54,783 nucleotides of DNA from a virus. Taxonomy: Duplodnaviria; Caudoviricetes. Below are positions 49,938 to 54,783 of the stretch, in pieces (the first letter of the stretch is position 1; every line of letters starts with the position of its first letter). Made by a program: the position numbers and the translations under genes. Location: positions 1 through 54,783 of the IMG/VR virus record IMGVR_UViG_3300023179_003650. One strand, written 5' to 3'. The notes beneath the pieces are model-generated. The model saw nothing but the letters and a program-made list of their open reading frames with translations. It was not told where the DNA came from and made no database searches.

Positions 49938-50831
49938 ATGAAAGACTTATTAAAAGAAGCAATCGCAGATGCAAAAGCAGTACGCGAAACAGCATTGGCA
50001 AATGCTAAACTTGCTTTAGAAGAAGCTTTTGCGCCTCGCATTCAATCAATGATTTCTAGCCATTTACAGCAAGAAGCTGAAGAAGAAATGATGGACGAAG
50101 AAGATGATGATATGACTGCAATGGGGGACAGTGAAGCTCCTGCTGAAGAAGAAATGCCAGCAGAAGAACCAACAGAAGAGCCAGCACCAGCGCCTGCTCC
50201 GTCTGACGATGAAATGACAGAAGATGATGACATGGATTTAGAAGAAATTATCCGTGAATTAGAATCTAGCGAAGACTCTGAAGATACAATGGACGAAGGT
50301 GATGATGAAATGATGGACGAAGCTGATGACGAAGAAATGACAGAAGCTGACGACGAAATGATGGACGAAGGTGAAGATGAAGAAATCGACATCCAAGAAG
50401 TAATCCGTGCATTACGTGAAGAAGATGAAGAACCGGTTAAAGAAGCAGAAGATGAAGAAAAGAAAGAAATGGAAGAAAACTTACAAGAAGCTTATAAAGT
50501 AATTAAGTTTTTACGTAGCAAGATTAATGAAGTTAATTTGCTAAATGCAAAACTTCTTTATTCTAACAAGTTATTCAGAACATATTCTTTAAATGAAAAT
50601 CAAAAGCTTAAGGTTATTGAAAACTTTGACAGAGCTCAAAATCTTCGTGAAGTAAAACTTCTTTTTACTGCTTTAGCAGAAAACTTTACTGGTAATAGAA
50701 ATAAAAAAGCAATTAAAGAAAGCTTTGCATCTAAACCGGTAGGATCTACGAAACCTGCAGAAAAAACAGTATTAAATGAAGGCGACGTTTTAGCTAACCG
50801 TTTCAAAAAATTAGCTGGTTTAATTAAATAA
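49938..50831 (+). CDS. gp22: Prohead scaffold protein (T4 gp22-like)
   Basis: Highly acidic centre, coiled coil and RFKKLAGL terminus; immediately upstream of the MCP gene. Confidence 0.8.
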   Translation: MKDLLKEAIADAKAVRETALANAKLALEEAFAPRIQSMISSHLQQEAEEEMMDEEDDDMTAMGDSEAPAEEEMPAEEPTEEPAPAPAPSDDEMTEDDDMDLEEIIRELESSEDSEDTMDEGDDEMMDEADDEEMTEADDEMMDEGEDEEIDIQEVIRALREEDEEPVKEAEDEEKKEMEENLQEAYKVIKFLRSKINEVNLLNAKLLYSNKLFRTYSLNENQKLKVIENFDRAQNLREVKLLFTALAENFTGNRNKKAIKESFASKPVGSTKPAEKTVLNEGDVLANRFKKLAGLIK

Positions 50832-50855
50832 TAAAATAACAAAAAAGGAGATAAA

Positions 50856-52601
50856 ATGTCTTTAAAAAATATCTTAGGCGAAAGTAACGGAATGATCCGT
50901 CGCCAAATGGAAGAGACAAAAGGTCTTGTCAACAAATGGGAAAAGACAGGTCTTTTGGAAGGTCTTGATAAGGATTATGAGCGTCATGGAACGGCTATCC
51001 TATTAGAGAACCAAGCAAAACAATTAATTTCAGAAGCTTCTGCAACTGCAGGTGCTGATAACGCAGAACAATGGGCAGGCGTTGCTTTACCATTAGTACG
51101 TCGTATCTTTGCTGAAATCGCTGCTAAAGAATTCGTTTCTGTACAGCCAATGAATTTACCTTCAGGTCTTGTATTCTATCTTGATTTCAAGTATGGTACA
51201 GCTCAACCTGGATTCAATACTTCATCAACTCGTAACTCACGTTCTTCATTCCAAAACAATAGCGTATTTGGTATTACAGAAACTACAGGTGATGCAAATG
51301 GCGGTCTTTATGGTGCTGGTCGTTTCGGTTATTCATTAAACGAAGCAGTATCTACGTTAACTGTAACAGGTTCGACTGGAACTATTTCTTCTACTAACGC
51401 TAATGCTTATACATTAGTTGGAACAGGTGGAGATGATGATGTTTGGAACTATGATTCTAAATTCTATGCTGCATATAGCGCATCTATCGCATTAAATCAC
51501 TTTAAGAAAATCGTTATGTCTGCAACAGGGTTTGCAACTAACGCAGATCTTAATGGTGTACGTGCATTTAAGATTTCAGGATCTTCTACAGGTGTTGTAG
51601 ATACATATTTCCCGCAATTTACGAAATATGATGCATCTGCAAACACTATTACATTCGTTGTATCTGGATCAATTGGTGGTACTACTTCTACATTTACATT
51701 AGCTTCTGCAGCTACTATGTATGCTGTATATCAAAAGCAGCCAGGTGGTGTAGATGCATCAAATGGCATTACTGCAGGTCAAGGTGGTTCAAATTACCGT
51801 GGCGATTTTGAAGATTCAAATCCTAGCTCAACTAGTGATATTAATATCCCAGAAATTAACGTTGAAATGCGTTCTGAAGCAATTGTTGCTAAGACACGTA
51901 AGTTAAAGGCAGTTTGGACACCTGAATTTGCTCAAGACTTGAATGCATATCACTCAATTGACGCTGAAGCTGAATTAACTTCAATGTTATCTGAGTATGT
52001 ATCGCAAGAAATTGATCTTGAAATTCTTGATATGTTGATCCAAAATGCAGTAACTACGGATAACTGGTCAGCACGCGTCGGATATGAATATGATTTAGCT
52101 TCAGATCAATTCGTTACTGCTGGTAACTCTAATGCATTAGCTTATAACCAAGGTACTTGGTATTCAACTTTAGGAACTAAGATTCAGAAAGTAAGTAATA
52201 AAATTCATCAAAAGACAATGCGTGGTGGTGCTAACTTCCTTGTAACGTCTCCTGATGTTTGTACTATTTTAGAATCTATTCCTGGATATGCAGCTTCTAC
52301 AGACGGTGACAAAATGCAATTTGCAATGGGCGTAACGAAAGTTGGTGCTATTGCTAACCGCTTCACAGTATACAAGAACCCATATATGACTGAAAACTTA
52401 ATCTTATTAGGATATCGTGGTACTCAGTTCCTTGAAACAGGCGCTGTATATGCTCCGTATATTCCATTGATTATGACTCCGCTTGTATATGATCCGACTA
52501 ACTTCACTCCACGTAAGGGTGTAATGACTCGCTACGCTAAGAAGATGGTTCGTCCGGAATTCTATGGTTTAGTAAAAGTGCATGGTTTAAATTTAGTTTA
52601 A
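50856..52601 (+). CDS. gp23: Major capsid protein (T4 gp23-like)
   Basis: KWEKTGLLEGL, LLENQ, VSVQPMNLPSGLVF, AKTRKLKAVWTPEFAQDL, YAPYIPL and GVMTRYA motifs; AAGGAG SD at 50845. Confidence 0.96.
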   Translation: MSLKNILGESNGMIRRQMEETKGLVNKWEKTGLLEGLDKDYERHGTAILLENQAKQLISEASATAGADNAEQWAGVALPLVRRIFAEIAAKEFVSVQPMNLPSGLVFYLDFKYGTAQPGFNTSSTRNSRSSFQNNSVFGITETTGDANGGLYGAGRFGYSLNEAVSTLTVTGSTGTISSTNANAYTLVGTGGDDDVWNYDSKFYAAYSASIALNHFKKIVMSATGFATNADLNGVRAFKISGSSTGVVDTYFPQFTKYDASANTITFVVSGSIGGTTSTFTLASAATMYAVYQKQPGGVDASNGITAGQGGSNYRGDFEDSNPSSTSDINIPEINVEMRSEAIVAKTRKLKAVWTPEFAQDLNAYHSIDAEAELTSMLSEYVSQEIDLEILDMLIQNAVTTDNWSARVGYEYDLASDQFVTAGNSNALAYNQGTWYSTLGTKIQKVSNKIHQKTMRGGANFLVTSPDVCTILESIPGYAASTDGDKMQFAMGVTKVGAIANRFTVYKNPYMTENLILLGYRGTQFLETGAVYAPYIPLIMTPLVYDPTNFTPRKGVMTRYAKKMVRPEFYGLVKVHGLNLV

Positions 52602-52617
52602 TCTAAATATAACTAAT

Positions 52618-52646
52618 AAAAGGGGGTAGAAATATCCCCTTTTTTT
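52618..52646 (+). terminator. Intrinsic terminator after MCP
   Basis: AGGGGGTA-GAAA-TATCCCCT stem-loop plus a T-run. Confidence 0.85.
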
Positions 52647-52724
52647 ATGTTTGGCGGTTCTTTTATTGATTGTAATAGATCGTTGTTTATAGAACGTGTA
52701 TATTTATATTAAAGGATTTTATTT

Positions 52725-52991
52725 ATGGATAAGAATAAACAAGTACGCTCTTTAGTTAATAAAATTATAAAAGAAGAAATAACTAACTTTTTACCAAATG
52801 AACATCATGATCATGAAGCTAAAATGGCAAAAGCGGAAATTCGTGATATGCTTAAAAATGGTGTAGAATTATATAATATGATACAAGAAGGACAAAATTT
52901 ACCAGGATGGGTATCTGCTTATATAACTTTATCATCTGATTATATTCATAGCGTATATGAATATATGATTGAAAATGAAAATAATTATTAA
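52725..52991 (+). CDS. Small putative internal head protein
   Basis: NKIIKEE propeptide-like start, LPGWVSAYIT motif, late motif at 52701. Confidence 0.65.
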   Translation: MDKNKQVRSLVNKIIKEEITNFLPNEHHDHEAKMAKAEIRDMLKNGVELYNMIQEGQNLPGWVSAYITLSSDYIHSVYEYMIENENNY

Positions 52992-53002
52992 TTTTATATA
53001 TT

Positions 53003-53686
53003 ATGGAACAGCAAAATGCGAGTTCAAATTTGAACAAACGCAAACCAAAAGGGCCTATCAAATTTAATATTACGTTAAATGAAGAACAAAAACAGGCAAA
53101 ACAACAAATATTGCACAATACCGTTACGCTTTTAAAAGGCGCTGCTGGTTCCGGTAAAACATTATTAGCGTGTCAAATTGCATTGGATATGTTTTTTACT
53201 AGACAAGTAGAGAAGATTATAATTACTCGTCCTGTAGTAGAAGCAGCAGATCCAATAGGATTTCTTCCAGGAGGAATGAAAGAAAAAATGGATCCATGGT
53301 TGGCTCCTATTTACGCTAATTTATACATGTTATATGAAAAAGCATTTATTGATAAATTAGTAGAAGAACAAAAAATTGAAGTATTGCCATTTGCATTTGT
53401 AAGAGGACGTACTTTTGTTAATGCTTTTGTTATTGTCGATGAATGTCAAAACGTTAATCATAACCAAACGGAAATGATTATTGGACGTTTAGGATTAAAT
53501 AGTAAAATGGTTTTTTGCGGGGATACTTCGCAAATTGACTTACGAAATAAAAAAGAATCAGGAATTGATTTCTTTAAAATATTAGAAACAAGAGTAGACG
53601 GCGTAAAAGTAATTACTCTTAAGGAAAACCATAGACATCCTATAGTTCCTTTAGTTTTAGATATTTATAAAGAATATTATTCATGA
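53003..53686 (+). CDS. phoH: PhoH-family ATPase
   Basis: GAAGSGKT, TRP, GFLPG, RGRT, DECQN, GDTSQID and RHP motifs. Confidence 0.93.
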   Translation: MEQQNASSNLNKRKPKGPIKFNITLNEEQKQAKQQILHNTVTLLKGAAGSGKTLLACQIALDMFFTRQVEKIIITRPVVEAADPIGFLPGGMKEKMDPWLAPIYANLYMLYEKAFIDKLVEEQKIEVLPFAFVRGRTFVNAFVIVDECQNVNHNQTEMIIGRLGLNSKMVFCGDTSQIDLRNKKESGIDFFKILETRVDGVKVITLKENHRHPIVPLVLDIYKEYYS

Positions 53687-54003
53687 CAGAATATAAAAAA
53701 CAATATTTAACCTGGGACCAAACGACGTATCCTATTCAATGGGACAATAATCCGTATACCTGGGAAGAAGTTTTTATATTAATTGAAATTGCTCAAGCAT
53801 TAGAAAATGGCGGCGGAGATTTTGAAGATATATATGGCGGGCTAGATAAAAAGAAAAAACAAACTCTTATTAAATTAGTTGCACGGATTGAAGGGAAAGA
53901 ATATAAAGAATCAAAGTATAAAAAAGAAAATATTAAAGTAATTGCTAAAGGCGTTAAACTTGCTATTAAGGAAGTGTTAAACGTAGATATAAAGGTAGAA
54001 TAA
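53683..54003 (+). CDS. Hypothetical protein
   Basis: 106 aa; W spaced 7-9 residues apart at the N-terminus. Confidence 0.65.
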   Translation: MTEYKKQYLTWDQTTYPIQWDNNPYTWEEVFILIEIAQALENGGGDFEDIYGGLDKKKKQTLIKLVARIEGKEYKESKYKKENIKVIAKGVKLAIKEVLNVDIKVE

Positions 54004-54004
54004 T

Positions 54005-54580
54005 ATGTATACATTTTTTACGGATAAATCAGAAGTATTTGAATGTAAAATATCATTGCAAGGTGCAAGTATAAACAGCTCTAAAGCTCGTTTAGTTTTA
54101 GAGTCAGAGAATATGAATTTTATTTTTTATGGTAAAATAAATTCAGACGGTAAATGCACTATACCAGTAAACAAATTACGTAATTATTTATCAGAAGATA
54201 CTAAAGGCACTGCTAAATTAGAAGTTATTGCAGAAGATACATATTTTCAGCCATGGAGCGATAAATTTGAAGTTAAAACTTCTAAAAAGATTACCGTTGA
54301 AGTTAAATCAAATTTTAATGAAACATTATTAGAAAATGAAGGCACGGCAAAAGTAATAGTATCTGAAGTAAAAAATATCAAGTCAAATGTTAATAAATTA
54401 TTGGCAATTACGGAAGAATTTATTAAATTATTAAATAAACGAAATATTACAATATATAATTTGTCAGAGAATAAGAAAACTTTAAATACGTTAGGACACC
54501 ATATAGTTAATCGATATAAATTAACAGAGTCTCAACGTTTACAATTAATTAATGCAGTAATCAATAAATTATCTAAATAA
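54005..54580 (+). CDS. Hypothetical protein
   Basis: 191-aa ORF in the operon. Confidence 0.7.
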   Translation: MYTFFTDKSEVFECKISLQGASINSSKARLVLESENMNFIFYGKINSDGKCTIPVNKLRNYLSEDTKGTAKLEVIAEDTYFQPWSDKFEVKTSKKITVEVKSNFNETLLENEGTAKVIVSEVKNIKSNVNKLLAITEEFIKLLNKRNITIYNLSENKKTLNTLGHHIVNRYKLTESQRLQLINAVINKLSK

Positions 54581-54585
54581 ATTGA

Positions 54586-54783
54586 ATGTCACAAGACAAT
54601 TTTACGGGCCAATTCATAAGCAGTACATTTCAAAGATTACTGCAATTATCAGATAACGGCGATTATATTACAGATGGTACTGGATCGGTAGTCACTTTAC
54701 CCAGTGCTAATACATCTTCACTTTTAACCACTGCTTCTGTATCTTCAAACACAATTACGTTTACAAAAGGTGATGGAAGTACA
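54586..54783 (+). CDS. Start of a putative structural/fibre protein (3'-truncated)
   Basis: MSQDNFTGQFISSTFQRLLQ...DGTGS...TASVSSNTITFTKGDGST, open to the window end. Confidence 0.7.
   Translation, partial: MSQDNFTGQFISSTFQRLLQLSDNGDYITDGTGSVVTLPSANTSSLLTTASVSSNTITFTKGDGST

Noticed and set aside
1164-54014. All minus-strand ORFs in the track (for example 1513-1959, 45903-46385, 48545-49006, 50042-50392) and the nested plus-strand ORFs 4230-4418 and 6726-6926
   Set aside because: They are shadows of well-supported plus-strand genes, with no motifs or start signals of their own.
1-54783. Stop-codon reassignment, tRNA/rRNA genes, integrase
   Set aside because: Genes tile densely under the standard code, with TAA, TGA and TAG all acting as stops. 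No cloverleaf, rRNA-like or recombinase sequence was seen by eye.

Overview
A 54.8-kb AT-rich segment of a large T4-like (myovirus-type) phage genome. Every credible gene is on the + strand. Gene order: (1) end of a tail-fibre/adhesin cluster with a 17-aa repeat array; (2) an accessory block with a SAM methyltransferase, UvsE, membrane proteins, a ClpP-like protease, an HD hydrolase and a gp55-like late sigma factor; (3) baseplate genes (gp5-like, gp25, gp6-like, large wedge and LamG proteins); (4) a T7-type endonuclease I, an HNH homing-endonuclease cassette, a primase and a natural Mre11-Rad50 (gp47-gp46) fusion; (5) a block of putative head-packaged enzymes (nucleotidyltransferase fused to an RNA-ligase-like domain, HAD phosphatase); (6) the head module (terminase, intein-containing portal, prohead protease, ribosomal protein bS21, scaffold, major capsid protein) and PhoH. 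TTTG-N19/20-TAnnTT promoter-like sites and bS21 among the head genes suggest a Bacteroidota host (inference). A TATTTAT motif recurs just upstream of late genes. The most interesting hypotheses are: bS21-linked use of Shine-Dalgarno sequences on late genes; protease-processed capsid cargo that includes a possible RNA-repair module; and a virion-wide [ST]-[GAS]-S motif. All functional calls come from motif recognition by eye; no searches were run.
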